Below are positions 36,185-46,377 of a stretch of 64,000 nucleotides of DNA, piece by piece (positions within the stretch are counted from its first letter, which is position 1; each line of letters opens with the position of its first letter). The notes beneath the pieces were generated by a model. The model was not told the DNA's origin and did not search any database. It was given only the letters and a program-made list of their open reading frames with translations. The position numbers were made by a program, and so were the translations under genes. This stretch comes from Cyclobacteriaceae bacterium (lineage in GTDB: Bacteria > Bacteroidota > Bacteroidia > Cytophagales > Cyclobacteriaceae): assembly GCA_035493595.1 (NCBI GenBank), contig DATJHZ010000195.1:5664-69663 (forward strand). Direction: 5' to 3'.

Positions 36185-37156
36185 TTGATTGAGAAAACTG
36201 TAACATTAGAAAACATCTCCCTGATTGATTTTCTGGGTATTGAAAATAAAAACATAGACTCGCTGGCCGCGGCTTTTCCAAAAAGCAAAATTGTTTCGCG
36301 TGGTAATCAGATCTTACTTAAAGGCAGCACTTCTGAAATAATTCAGATTAATGATATTCTAAATTCGTTGGTGGATTATTATCACAAGTTTGGAAAAGTG
36401 ACCGAAGAGAGCGTTCAGAATTATATTGCCAAAGAACAAGAAATGGTTCTTCCGCACGATGAAGGAACTTCAAATGATGATGTCATTGTATTTGGAACGA
36501 AAGGCGCACCAATCAAACCAAAGACGGCCAATCAGCAAAGCCTTGTTAATCTTGTTAAGGAAAACGATCTGGTATTTGCTCTCGGACCTGCAGGTACGGG
36601 CAAGACTTATATTTCAGTAGCCCTTGCTGTAAGAGCCTTAAAGAATAAGCAAGTCAAAAAAATTATTATAACCCGGCCGGCAGTAGAAGCAGGAGAGAAC
36701 CTTGGATTTCTTCCTGGCGATTTGAAAGAAAAGATAGATCCATACTTGCGTCCTATTTACGATGCGCTCAACGATATGATTCCGTTTGAGAAGCTAAAGT
36801 ATTATATGGAACGTGAGTTGATAGAGATTGCTCCACTGGCGTACATGCGTGGCAGAACGTTGAACAATGCCTTTATCTTGTTAGATGAAGCACAGAATAC
36901 CACGCCCATGCAGATGAAAATGTTTTTGACACGTATGGGCCCTGAGTCTAAAATGATTGTTACCGGCGATGCCTCGCAGATAGATTTACCTTCACGCCAG
37001 AGTTCAGGTCTTAAAGAAGCCATTCGCATTTTGAATAACGTGAAAGGTATTGGCTTCATTGAATTGAATGAGAAAGATGTTGTTCGCCATAAACTGGTAC
37101 GTGATATTATTGAAGCTTACAACAAGGAGAATTCTTCAGGTCAGGCAAAAGCATAA
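36185..37156 (+). CDS. phoH: PhoH-family ATPase
   Basis: Walker A GPAGTGKTY, ILLDEAQN, VTGDASQIDL. Confidence 0.9.
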   Translation: MIEKTVTLENISLIDFLGIENKNIDSLAAAFPKSKIVSRGNQILLKGSTSEIIQINDILNSLVDYYHKFGKVTEESVQNYIAKEQEMVLPHDEGTSNDDVIVFGTKGAPIKPKTANQQSLVNLVKENDLVFALGPAGTGKTYISVALAVRALKNKQVKKIIITRPAVEAGENLGFLPGDLKEKIDPYLRPIYDALNDMIPFEKLKYYMERELIEIAPLAYMRGRTLNNAFILLDEAQNTTPMQMKMFLTRMGPESKMIVTGDASQIDLPSRQSSGLKEAIRILNNVKGIGFIELNEKDVVRHKLVRDIIEAYNKENSSGQAKA

Positions 37157-37184
37157 ATTGATCTCACAGAAAAAGAAGGTACAA

Positions 37185-37214
37185 AAAAAGCCTCTGAATT
37201 TTCAGAGGCTTTTT
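37185..37214. terminator. Bidirectional intrinsic terminator between phoH and the GH3 gene
   Basis: AAAAAGCCTCTGAA-TT-TTCAGAGGCTTTTT, a perfect 14-bp complementarity including the A and T runs. Confidence 0.8.
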
Positions 37215-37230
37215 ATTTATGCAATGAATC

Positions 37231-39549
37231 TTAATTCGATTTACTTCTCTCCAACTTAAATCTTGTTTTTAAGTTGCCAACAGTAAGCGTAAAGTGACCA
37301 TCTTCCAGCAAGCGCTCATTTTTGCTATTAGGGAAAGACAGGCTTTCTTCAGGCTTAATAACAAATGAAAATGTTGCAGACTCGCCAGGTTTGATGTCTT
37401 TCTTCTCATAGAACTTCAGATCTCTGACAGGGCGGGAGATGCTACCAACTTCATCAAATAAAAACCAAAGCACAGCTTCTTTGCCTTCACGTGTACCTGT
37501 ATTTTTCACAGTTACTGTTGCTGTAATCTCTGAGGTTGCGCTGGTCAATACAGAGTCGCTAAGTGTAAGGTTTGAATACTCATACGATGTGTAGCTGAGG
37601 CCCGTACCGAAAGGCACCAAAGCAATTGGATTTGGAATTTCATGCGCCAGCAGAACTTCACTCGACTTATGATTATGCGGTACTAAACGATTAACAGCAT
37701 ATGGAAAGTTAAAGCTCATCTTCGCACTTGGATTTACCTTGCCACTTACAATTTCAGCAATGGCTTGTGCACCTTCAAAACCTGGCAATCCTGCAAACAG
37801 AACTGCGCCACAACCATTATAGATCTTTGTGATAACACGAGGTCTTCCACTGATCATAACTAAAATAACTGGCTTGCCTGTAGCCTGCGCTGCTTTAACA
37901 AGTTCAATCTGATCATCGGGTAAATTGATATCAAGGATGCTTCCATAACCTTCAGCGTAAGGAGCTTCACCAACAGCAACAACAATGGCATCAGCACCAG
38001 CAGCTTTTGATTTAATGTCGCTTGCGCCTAAAGCTAATGTAACTTTGGGGGCAGTAAACTCTTGCTGAAGTGCGGTGTAAAGTGTGAGCATATCTTTTGG
38101 ATAAATACTTTCGTCACTTGTCATCCAACGTAATGTCCATCCACCACCAAGTGGTGCTTTAAGATTAGCTACCGGACCAACGACTACAATTTTTTTAGTT
38201 TTCTCTGGCGCCAAAGGCAATGTGTTTTTCTCATTGCGCATCAACACAATAGATTCGCGTGCAGCTTCAAGTGCTTTGGCTCTGTTTTCTTTTGATCCGA
38301 TACGATCGAATCTGTCATTACGTGGTAATGGATTTTCGAAGAGACCTAAGTCAAGTTTCAAGCGAAGAATACGAGCAATAGAAAGATCAATTCTGTCCAT
38401 ATCTATTTTTCCTTCATTCACTAATTGTTTCAGATACTCACAGAAATCAGTAGTGTAAGGAGTCATCGCCATATCAACACCAGCCATGATTGCTTTGTAT
38501 GTAGCATCTTTTTCATTTTCTGCTACACGATGATTTCTATAAAGTCTGATGATGTCTTCCCAATCAGTAACAGCAACACCTTTAAACTTAAGTTCGTCGC
38601 GAAGTAATTTTGTAAGGATGCGGCTTGAGGCATGAACAGCTTCGCCATTAACATCACCACTGTTTATCATAATGGTTTTAATACCAGCATCGATAGCAGC
38701 TTTAAAAGAAGGAACATAAAATTCATATAAAGTTTGATCAGAGAAATCTGCCGGTCCACGGTCCCAACCATTTTTAGGATCTGAATAGCCTAAGAAATGT
38801 TTGGCTGTTGCTGCAATTTTATAAGGAGCAATATCAGGATCGTTCTGAACACCCTTAACATAAATGCTTGCCATAGTTGAAGCAACATAAGGCGACTCAC
38901 CAAGTGTTTCATAAAAGCGACCCCATAGTGGTGTACGACTCAAGTCGAGCACCGGCGCAAATAACCACTGATGACCGAGGTCTGCAGTTTCTATAGCAGT
39001 AACGTGGGCCATGTCTGCAGGAAACTGATTGTTGTACGTTGCAGCCGTATTGATAGCATGCGGAAATATCGTTCCACCTTCCAGGTAGTTAGGACCGTGC
39101 ATGTGGTCAACACCATAGATAATTGGAATTTTTAAACGAGATACCTTTAAGTTGTGCTCTTGCAATTCTTTGTAAAACGTGTACCAGGTTTGAGGCGATA
39201 CAGCAATACCATTCAGAAAAGAACCTACATGATATTTGCGTAGTATGGTACCGAGCTTGCCAGTATCAACTTTAATTTCAATTTTAAGATCAGTACCGGC
39301 TCCCCATTGTGAGTTTGTTACAATGACTGAATTATTGATCTGAGTCATCTGGCCAATCTTTTCTTCAAGCGTCATTTGCGAAAGAAGATCATCAATTTTC
39401 TTTTCGATGGCTTCATCGGTTCCCCGCTCAGCCTGTCTTCTTTCTTTGGATGAAAGCGAAGAGGTTGAGTCAGCTGGTTTTGGCGAATTGCATCCTGTAA
39501 CGAGGCAAACTACAAGGAGCCATGCCAGAAGGATTTTAGTTAGGTTCAT
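37231..39549 (-). CDS. bglX: Glycoside hydrolase family 3 beta-glucosidase
   Basis: Lipoprotein signal (VTGC). GH3 motifs (FKGVAVTDWEDI) and a C-terminal Fn3-like domain. Confidence 0.85.
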   Translation of the reverse strand: MNLTKILLAWLLVVCLVTGCNSPKPADSTSSLSSKERRQAERGTDEAIEKKIDDLLSQMTLEEKIGQMTQINNSVIVTNSQWGAGTDLKIEIKVDTGKLGTILRKYHVGSFLNGIAVSPQTWYTFYKELQEHNLKVSRLKIPIIYGVDHMHGPNYLEGGTIFPHAINTAATYNNQFPADMAHVTAIETADLGHQWLFAPVLDLSRTPLWGRFYETLGESPYVASTMASIYVKGVQNDPDIAPYKIAATAKHFLGYSDPKNGWDRGPADFSDQTLYEFYVPSFKAAIDAGIKTIMINSGDVNGEAVHASSRILTKLLRDELKFKGVAVTDWEDIIRLYRNHRVAENEKDATYKAIMAGVDMAMTPYTTDFCEYLKQLVNEGKIDMDRIDLSIARILRLKLDLGLFENPLPRNDRFDRIGSKENRAKALEAARESIVLMRNEKNTLPLAPEKTKKIVVVGPVANLKAPLGGGWTLRWMTSDESIYPKDMLTLYTALQQEFTAPKVTLALGASDIKSKAAGADAIVVAVGEAPYAEGYGSILDINLPDDQIELVKAAQATGKPVILVMISGRPRVITKIYNGCGAVLFAGLPGFEGAQAIAEIVSGKVNPSAKMSFNFPYAVNRLVPHNHKSSEVLLAHEIPNPIALVPFGTGLSYTSYEYSNLTLSDSVLTSATSEITATVTVKNTGTREGKEAVLWFLFDEVGSISRPVRDLKFYEKKDIKPGESATFSFVIKPEESLSFPNSKNERLLEDGHFTLTVGNLKTRFKLERSKSN

Positions 39550-39734
39550 GTTTAGTACTTATGGTTTGGTTGAAAAAACGAGGCCGAATTTAACGATAGA
39601 TGACGGTATGGCTAGCACGTATTGTTCATAACTTTGGGTGAAAATGTTAAATAAACCGGATTTTTAGGCAAGACGTTGTACTTACTATATTCTGCAGCTT
39701 TGATATTTTTCCATTTCAGATTCTATCATAGAAG

Positions 39735-41810
39735 ATGCGTTGGATTCCTTTTCCCTTTGTTCGGATTGTTTTATTTCTAATCGCTGGCATCTTGCTGGGA
39801 ATTTATCAGCCTGACCTAGTACCATATAACGTAGCCTTTTGGTTCGGAATATTTTCTACACTCCTCTTTTTGTCTTTGGTGATATTCGTTCCGGCATCAT
39901 CTGAACTAACTCGTGGAGGTATAGCATTGGCGGCTGTGTTTGCTGCAGGATATATTCGTTCCGTTAATCACATCCAATCAAAAGAACCCAATCATGTATT
40001 GCAAATTCATGATCAGATTGAAGCATTCTCAGTACAACTTTTCAATCAGCCATCACAGGGAGAAAAAACTTCAAAAGCTGAAGGGGAGATTGATGCCGTG
40101 CAGATCAGAGGAAAATGGCACAGAGCAGAAGGAAAAATTCACTTGCTTTTTTTACAAGAAAACAACGCATTTCAATATGGAGATGGACTAATTATAAAGG
40201 GCAATCCTCAGACTGTACATGCACCATCAAATCCGGGTGAGTTTGATTACAGAAAATTCTTAGCGTTCAAAAATATTTATCATCAAAAACTTGTAAAGTC
40301 AGCAGATGTAAGATTCATAAAACATAATTCCAGGTCTTTACTTTTCGAATGGGCTTATGCAGCACGAAGTTGGGGTGACAGAGTATTACATGAGAATATA
40401 AAAGGTAGCCAGGAACGTGCTATTGCATCAGCTTTAATTCTTGGCGTTACTGATGAGTTGGACTGGAACATCTTAAATGCATACGCTTCTACAGGCGTGT
40501 TACATGTACTATCCGTGAGTGGCCTTCACGTAGGTATAGTGTATATGATTTTACTTTTTCTGTTTAAACCACTTGAGAATAGAAGAGAAGGTAAATGGAT
40601 ATTGGCCATTGTAAGCATCATTGTGTTATGGGCTTATGCTTTTATTACAGGTCTTTCGCCTTCGGTATTAAGGTCAGTAACGATGTTTACTTTTATAGCA
40701 TTATCGAGAGCTATCAACAGGCATACCGATATTTATAACACGCTTTCATTATCGGCATTTATTCTTCTGGTGTATGATCCGTTTATGATCATGTCAGTTG
40801 GGTTTCAATTATCATATCTGGCATTATTAGGCATCATCTATTTTCAGCCAAGATTATATCAATTGTGGGAACCTAAATGGATGTGGCTTGATAAAATATG
40901 GGAAGTCTCTTCTGTATCCATAGCGGCACAGCTTGTAACCTTTCCCGTCAGTTTGCTTTACTTCCATCAGTTTCCAATATATTTCCTATTTGCCAATTTA
41001 CTTGTTATACCAGTTTCATTTGTAGTGCTGGTTGGTGGCTTGGCATTATTGGCAATTCAGTTCATTAGTCCTTTGGCGCATGTAATAGGGGTGTCGCTTG
41101 AATTCATTATTAAGGGCATGAACTCGTTTATCGTCCTCGTAAATAACCTGCCCTGGAGTACTTTGAGTAATGTTTCAATAACATCAATGCAGTATTGGTT
41201 GCTTATGGGAGTTTTAGCTTCAATAGCTTTAATGTTTAGATTTCGTCGTTTTAGCTATGCTGTTATCATTACACTTCTCATGGGGATATTCTCAGTGATT
41301 CAATGGACGCAGTATTTTAACTTCTTCAGCAAACAAAAGATCACGGTTTATAACATACCACATCATACGGCTATCGACCTGTTTGATCAAGGCAAAACAC
41401 ATTTTGTGTTTGATTCCGTTTTGCATAGTGATTCCAAAAGGATCGCGTATTCAATCAATCCAAACCGGGTAACGTATGGTATAAACTATTTGGAAGATGC
41501 ATCGACAACCCCTTTAGCGAAAACGATTGTCGGTGCCAGGGTTATCCGTTGGAGGGATAAATATTTTCTCCAAATAATCAGTTCGGCATTTAAGGTTCCG
41601 TTAAATTTACCTTCGTTTGATTATTGTATCGTAAGCAACAACGCTGTTCACGATTTGGTAACAATTCAGAAACAGTTGAAGTTTAAGAAACTGATTATCG
41701 ATAGCAGCAACTCTTACTACGTTGCCGATGGTTTGTTGAAGAGAAGTCAAGCGAATAAGATTGATGTTTATTCAGTACTTCATCAGGGAGCTTATGAAGA
41801 GCTGATATAA
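39735..41810 (+). CDS. comEC: ComEC/Rec2-family competence membrane protein
   Basis: DUF4131-like N-terminus and the competence channel domain (TGVLHVLSVSGLHVG). No clear metallo-beta-lactamase domain. Confidence 0.8.
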   Translation: MRWIPFPFVRIVLFLIAGILLGIYQPDLVPYNVAFWFGIFSTLLFLSLVIFVPASSELTRGGIALAAVFAAGYIRSVNHIQSKEPNHVLQIHDQIEAFSVQLFNQPSQGEKTSKAEGEIDAVQIRGKWHRAEGKIHLLFLQENNAFQYGDGLIIKGNPQTVHAPSNPGEFDYRKFLAFKNIYHQKLVKSADVRFIKHNSRSLLFEWAYAARSWGDRVLHENIKGSQERAIASALILGVTDELDWNILNAYASTGVLHVLSVSGLHVGIVYMILLFLFKPLENRREGKWILAIVSIIVLWAYAFITGLSPSVLRSVTMFTFIALSRAINRHTDIYNTLSLSAFILLVYDPFMIMSVGFQLSYLALLGIIYFQPRLYQLWEPKWMWLDKIWEVSSVSIAAQLVTFPVSLLYFHQFPIYFLFANLLVIPVSFVVLVGGLALLAIQFISPLAHVIGVSLEFIIKGMNSFIVLVNNLPWSTLSNVSITSMQYWLLMGVLASIALMFRFRRFSYAVIITLLMGIFSVIQWTQYFNFFSKQKITVYNIPHHTAIDLFDQGKTHFVFDSVLHSDSKRIAYSINPNRVTYGINYLEDASTTPLAKTIVGARVIRWRDKYFLQIISSAFKVPLNLPSFDYCIVSNNAVHDLVTIQKQLKFKKLIIDSSNSYYVADGLLKRSQANKIDVYSVLHQGAYEELI

Positions 41811-41813
41811 AAT

Positions 41814-41898
41814 GGTCATTAGACATTAGTCAATAGTAATTAGTTATTGTAAACTGATTACTATCTATTGACTATCGACCATCGACTGATGACTATTT
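41814..41898. repeat. Hairpin-capable heptamer-periodic repeat element (upstream copy)
   Basis: Left arm GGTCATT AGACATT AGTCAAT AGTAATT AGTTATT has G at 41815, 22, 29, 36, 43. Right arm is TGAC-type with GAC at 41870, 77, 84, 91. The arms are partly complementary. Confidence 0.75.
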
Positions 41899-41914
41899 AA
41901 AAAAATGACTACCC

Positions 41915-42688
41915 ATGAAATACGTTGAATACGCCGTTAAGGACAGAGTTGGTTATATAACATTAAACCGACCTGATAAACGAAATGCGTTAAGCAGTGA
42001 ATTGGTTGCAGATCTGAAAGAAGGTTTTGCGCTTGCTGAAAATGACGCCGCCGTAAAAGTCATTGTACTAAAAGCAAATGGCGATACGTTTTGTGCAGGT
42101 GCAGATCTTGAGTATCTGCAGAAGCTTCAGGGTTTTTCGTATGAAGAGAATCTCAAAGACTCAACAAGCTTGAAGGATCTTTTTCTTCAGATTTATTTAT
42201 GTAAGAAAGTTGTTGTTGCTCAGGTACAAGGTCACGCTTTAGCTGGTGGCTGTGGACTTGTTACAGTATGTGATTTTATATTTGCAGTGCCTGAAGCTAA
42301 GTTTGGTTATACAGAAGTTAAGATAGGATTCATTCCTGCAGTTGTATTGGTATTCCTGTTGCGTAAAGTAGGGGAGTTGCGCACGCGTCATCTGTTGCTT
42401 AGTGGCAATTTAATTTTAGCCGAGGACGCACAAGGCATAGGTATTGTGAGCAGCATCTATCCCCAAACTATTATTGAAGAAGAGGTACGCAAATTCACAT
42501 ATAACCTCGTTAACGGGAACTCATACAACTCCATGAAGTTAACCAAGGAAATGATTACCAACGTGCACTCCCTTTCCCTGGAAGAGGCTCTTAACTATGC
42601 CGCCGAAATGAATGCCACCGCCCGCGGCTCCGAAGACTGCAAAAAAGGCATCTCCGCCTTCCTTAATAAAGAAAAATTATCATGGTGA
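41915..42688 (+). CDS. Enoyl-CoA hydratase/isomerase family protein
   Basis: Crotonase fold motifs (FCAGADL, GHALAGGCGL). Confidence 0.85.
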   Translation: MKYVEYAVKDRVGYITLNRPDKRNALSSELVADLKEGFALAENDAAVKVIVLKANGDTFCAGADLEYLQKLQGFSYEENLKDSTSLKDLFLQIYLCKKVVVAQVQGHALAGGCGLVTVCDFIFAVPEAKFGYTEVKIGFIPAVVLVFLLRKVGELRTRHLLLSGNLILAEDAQGIGIVSSIYPQTIIEEEVRKFTYNLVNGNSYNSMKLTKEMITNVHSLSLEEALNYAAEMNATARGSEDCKKGISAFLNKEKLSW

Positions 42689-42692
42689 ATAT

Positions 42693-42831
42693 TGGTCATT
42701 TGTCAAATCAGTCATTGGGGTCAATAGTAATCGTACTTCGTCAATCTGGAATCGTAAATAGTCATTTAGGATACGCTCACTAATTACTATTGACTGTTAA
42801 CTATCGACTGCTGACTAATGTCTAAATGATC
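42693..42831. repeat. Hairpin-capable heptamer-periodic repeat element (downstream copy)
   Basis: GTCAATAGTAAT (42720-42731) is perfectly complementary to ATTACTATTGAC (42783-42794). The right arm has GAC/AAC at 42792, 99, 806, 813. 42780-42795 is the exact reverse complement of 41828-41843. Confidence 0.75.
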
Positions 42832-42847
42832 CGTATATTGCATAGTT

Positions 42848-44764
42848 GTGGAAACGCCCTTAGCTATACTTCAGCAATATTGGAAGCACAGTCAATTCAG
42901 GCCGCTGCAGGAAGATATCATTCAATCTGTTTTAAAAGGTAATGATACATTGGCTCTCTTGCCTACTGGAGGAGGTAAGTCAGTTTGTTTTCAGGTACCA
43001 GCATTAATTCTTCCAGGAATCTGTATAGTGATAACGCCGCTCATAGCCCTGATGAAAGATCAGGTTGAGCAATTAAACAAAAGAGAAATTGAAGCTGTAG
43101 CCATTCACTCAGGTATGAGCAAGCAGCAGATCGACATACTGTTGGATAATTGTATTTACGGCACTATCAAGTTTCTCTACGTTTCTCCTGAGAGAATTCA
43201 AACAGAAATTTTTCAGGCTCGTGTTAAACAAATGAAAGTTTCTCTGATTGTTGTAGACGAGGCCCATTGCATCTCTCAATGGGGTTATGACTTTCGTCCG
43301 TCGTATCTGAAAATTTCCTTGCTTCGTGAAGTAATGCCTTCAGTTCCTGTTATTGCGCTCACTGCTACTGCAACGGTAAAGGTGAAGGAAGATATTATAG
43401 CGCAGTTAAAATTCAGAACTGCACACCAGGTATTTCAGAAATCATTCGTGCGCGAGAATCTCTCTTTCGTAGTACGTAAATCAGAAAACAAAGAAAAGAG
43501 ATTGCTGGATGCTTTATCAAAAGTTAAAGGATCAACTATAATTTATGTACGCTCCAGAAAAGCAACAGAAACACTTTCATCCTGGCTTGCTGCAAGATCT
43601 ATCAGCGCAACATTTTATCATGCTGGTTTGAGTTTTGGTGATCGTGTTAAACGACAGGAAGATTGGATTCAGGATAAGTGCCGGGTAATGATAGCAACCA
43701 ACGCCTTTGGTATGGGCATTGACAAGCCCGATGTGAGGATGGTGATTCATCTTGATCTTACAGAAAATATTGAGTCGTATTACCAGGAGGCGGGCCGTGC
43801 AGGTCGTGACGGACAGCGATCTTTCGCGTTGATATTATATCATGAGGGCGATATTGTCAGTTTGAAAACTAAAGTTGAACAATCACAACCTTCGTTGGAT
43901 TTTCTTAAGAAAGTTTATCAGGCCATTTCAAATTATTATCAGCTGGCATTGGGCAGCGCCGAAGGCGAAAGTTTTGATTTTGATCTGCCCGTGTTCTGTG
44001 ATCAATTTGGTTTACATGCCACTGAAGTTTACAATGCGCTAAAGAAATTAGAAGAGGAGGGACTCATTCAGTTTAATGAGAGTTTTTATAGCCCATCCGT
44101 TGTTCATTTTACAATGGACAAACTCGCTCTGTATACTTTTCAGGTTGCCAACGCCAGGTTTGATCCGCTTATTAAAATGATGCTGAGGTTATATGGAGGC
44201 GAATTGTTTTCTGGCTTTATCAGAATTTCAGAAGCCTATCTCGCTAAAGCAATTCAGATTTCAGTGAAGGATACTAAAACTCTGCTGACACAACTTCATG
44301 AATTAAATGTTATTCTATATCAACCTGCTAAGGATAAGCCACAGCTAAATTTTATCATGGCCCGACAGGATGCAGCAAATTTACCTGTTAATAAAAGCAG
44401 GCTTGCCGAAAGAAGAGAGCTGTCACTGCAAAAGATGAATGCCATGATTCAGTTGGTTTCTTCAAAAGATCATTGCCGTATGCAACTTATGCAGGATTAT
44501 TTTGGTGAAGTGACAAACCAGGAATGTGGCATATGTGACGTTTGTATTGATAAACGAAAAAGTGAAAATATTTCGACTGTTCACGAAATCAGGCAGGAGA
44601 TTTTAACTAACATTTCAAAACAAGCCATGTTGATAGAAGAATTGGAAGACCGGATATCTCCGCAGGACCATGAATTGTTTATCGACATTATTCGTGATTT
44701 AGTAGATTCAGGGGAGATTGAATATGATCCATTTTGGAAATTGCGTAAGCCTGTAACAAAATGA
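42848..44764 (+). CDS. RecQ-family ATP-dependent DNA helicase
   Basis: Motif I PTGGGKS, DEAH box VVDEAHCISQWG, QEAGRAGRDG. C-terminal Zn-like CGICDVC. GTG start. Confidence 0.85.
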   Translation: METPLAILQQYWKHSQFRPLQEDIIQSVLKGNDTLALLPTGGGKSVCFQVPALILPGICIVITPLIALMKDQVEQLNKREIEAVAIHSGMSKQQIDILLDNCIYGTIKFLYVSPERIQTEIFQARVKQMKVSLIVVDEAHCISQWGYDFRPSYLKISLLREVMPSVPVIALTATATVKVKEDIIAQLKFRTAHQVFQKSFVRENLSFVVRKSENKEKRLLDALSKVKGSTIIYVRSRKATETLSSWLAARSISATFYHAGLSFGDRVKRQEDWIQDKCRVMIATNAFGMGIDKPDVRMVIHLDLTENIESYYQEAGRAGRDGQRSFALILYHEGDIVSLKTKVEQSQPSLDFLKKVYQAISNYYQLALGSAEGESFDFDLPVFCDQFGLHATEVYNALKKLEEEGLIQFNESFYSPSVVHFTMDKLALYTFQVANARFDPLIKMMLRLYGGELFSGFIRISEAYLAKAIQISVKDTKTLLTQLHELNVILYQPAKDKPQLNFIMARQDAANLPVNKSRLAERRELSLQKMNAMIQLVSSKDHCRMQLMQDYFGEVTNQECGICDVCIDKRKSENISTVHEIRQEILTNISKQAMLIEELEDRISPQDHELFIDIIRDLVDSGEIEYDPFWKLRKPVTK

Positions 44765-44797
44765 GATACTCAAGTGTTTTATAATAATATTTCTGTT

Positions 44798-45520
44798 ATG
44801 AAAAGAATTGCCAAGCGTATTTTGGAAATCATTTTATATGTTCATGTAATATTATTTTTTGCTTTAGTTCTGACGCATTGCTCGTTTACTCATTTTGCCA
44901 AAATCTCCTATGCTGCTGCAAAAAAGAATAAGCCATTTGATGTTATCATCGTTCCGGGTATTCCTTATGTAGAGGGTGAGACAAATGAGGTGATGAAGAT
45001 GCGTGTGTTTTGGGCCAAGCATTTATACGACAGTGGTTACGCAAAGAATATTATTTTTTCCGGGTCATCGGTTTACAGTCCTTATGTAGAAGGTATCGTT
45101 ATGAAAATTATGGCCGATTCATTAGGTATACCACCTGATCATTCATTCTCGGAGACAAAAGCTGAGCATAGCACTGAAAATGTTTACTACTCATGGAAGA
45201 TGGCCAGAGATATGGGCTTTAAAAAAATTGCCCTGGCTACTGATCCATATCAGGCAGGTTTGTTACGTGGATTTGTAAAAGAGTATTGTCCCGGAGTCAA
45301 ATCTATACCTATTATTTTCGGCACGATGAATATGGGAAATATTAAGTTGCCCGTTGTAAATGCCCAATCTGCTTTTGTGAAAGATTTTGTTTCTATAACA
45401 GAACGTCAGACTTTATGGGAACGCTTTAGAGGCACACGTGGAAGACGAGTAAGAGAAGAAGTTAGGGCTGAACTTAAAAAGAAGAAAAAACAAAAACAGG
45501 AAGAGGCATCGACAAATTAG
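44798..45520 (+). CDS. YdcF/DUF218 (ElyC/SanA-like) family protein
   Basis: N-terminal TM then the DUF218 pattern (IIVPGIP ... IFSGSSVY ... STENVYYS). The start is taken at MKRIAKR. Confidence 0.7.
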   Translation: MKRIAKRILEIILYVHVILFFALVLTHCSFTHFAKISYAAAKKNKPFDVIIVPGIPYVEGETNEVMKMRVFWAKHLYDSGYAKNIIFSGSSVYSPYVEGIVMKIMADSLGIPPDHSFSETKAEHSTENVYYSWKMARDMGFKKIALATDPYQAGLLRGFVKEYCPGVKSIPIIFGTMNMGNIKLPVVNAQSAFVKDFVSITERQTLWERFRGTRGRRVREEVRAELKKKKKQKQEEASTN

Positions 45521-45565
45521 CCTCATCCTAGACTGTCTCCAGAGAAGAAGGATTTGGAACGAGGT

Positions 45566-46288
45566 CTACTCTTTCTTTTTCAAAAATATTTTATGATATA
45601 ATGTTAACCTTCCTATATCACGCGAATAATATCCTTTGTTGCTGGCTCTTTTCTGAACGATGTGTAAATATCCCACTTCAACCGATATTTTTTTACTCAA
45701 TACAAATTCTGTAGCTGCATAGATTCTATTTTGATCAAACGTATTGGCGCGGTCATTATACATCACTTCATCACTCGCTTTAAAAATATATTTATCGTTG
45801 AGTTTGTAGCTTAGTTGTGACCTGAAACGAAATCTGAAATTGAAATTGTAACCATCCTCCAACTCTGTTTTGGCTTTATTAACCTGACGTATGTAACGTT
45901 CATCAACACGAACACGCTCCTGGAATTTTAATTTTTTAGTAAGGGGAATGTGATATGTCAATTCCTGAAAAGGACGAATCTCTGGTGTAACTACTTTGTA
46001 TCCGTCTTCAGGTATCTGAGCGTAGATCCATGAAAAACTACAACCCACAGCAGGTTCAAAATTCTTTATCAGGTAGTGAAGATGTGTGTGGGCAATTAAT
46101 TGATTTTGAACATCCGGGTTTATAAATCGGCGATTGTCAACTTCATTTATCCAGCTTAGCCTCTCATTGAAGTAGATCTGGTTGAAATAACGAATCCAAT
46201 AAACTTTTTGGTGCAACGTCTTGCCTTGCGAATAAGCAGTACTCGTTAATGCACCAAGTAAAAAACAGATGGTGGTCAGTCTTTTCAT
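45566..46288 (-). CDS. DUF2490-like outer-membrane protein
   Basis: Signal peptide and a beta-rich sequence with the WIRYFNQ-type motif. The family call is from memory. Confidence 0.55.
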   Translation of the reverse strand: MKRLTTICFLLGALTSTAYSQGKTLHQKVYWIRYFNQIYFNERLSWINEVDNRRFINPDVQNQLIAHTHLHYLIKNFEPAVGCSFSWIYAQIPEDGYKVVTPEIRPFQELTYHIPLTKKLKFQERVRVDERYIRQVNKAKTELEDGYNFNFRFRFRSQLSYKLNDKYIFKASDEVMYNDRANTFDQNRIYAATEFVLSKKISVEVGYLHIVQKRASNKGYYSRDIGRLTLYHKIFLKKKE

Positions 46289-46377
46289 GGGCTATTTAAA
46301 AAATTACTATGGTGCTAGATTAATAAATCCTGTTTCAGTTAGGAGTTTAGTTTAATAATTAGAAATTGATTTTGATA

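Noticed and set aside
41814-42831. Heptamer repeat arrays as CRISPR arrays.
   Set aside because: The units are only ~7 nt with no spacers, the arrays are under 140 bp, and no cas genes are present. The period and structure are incompatible with CRISPR.
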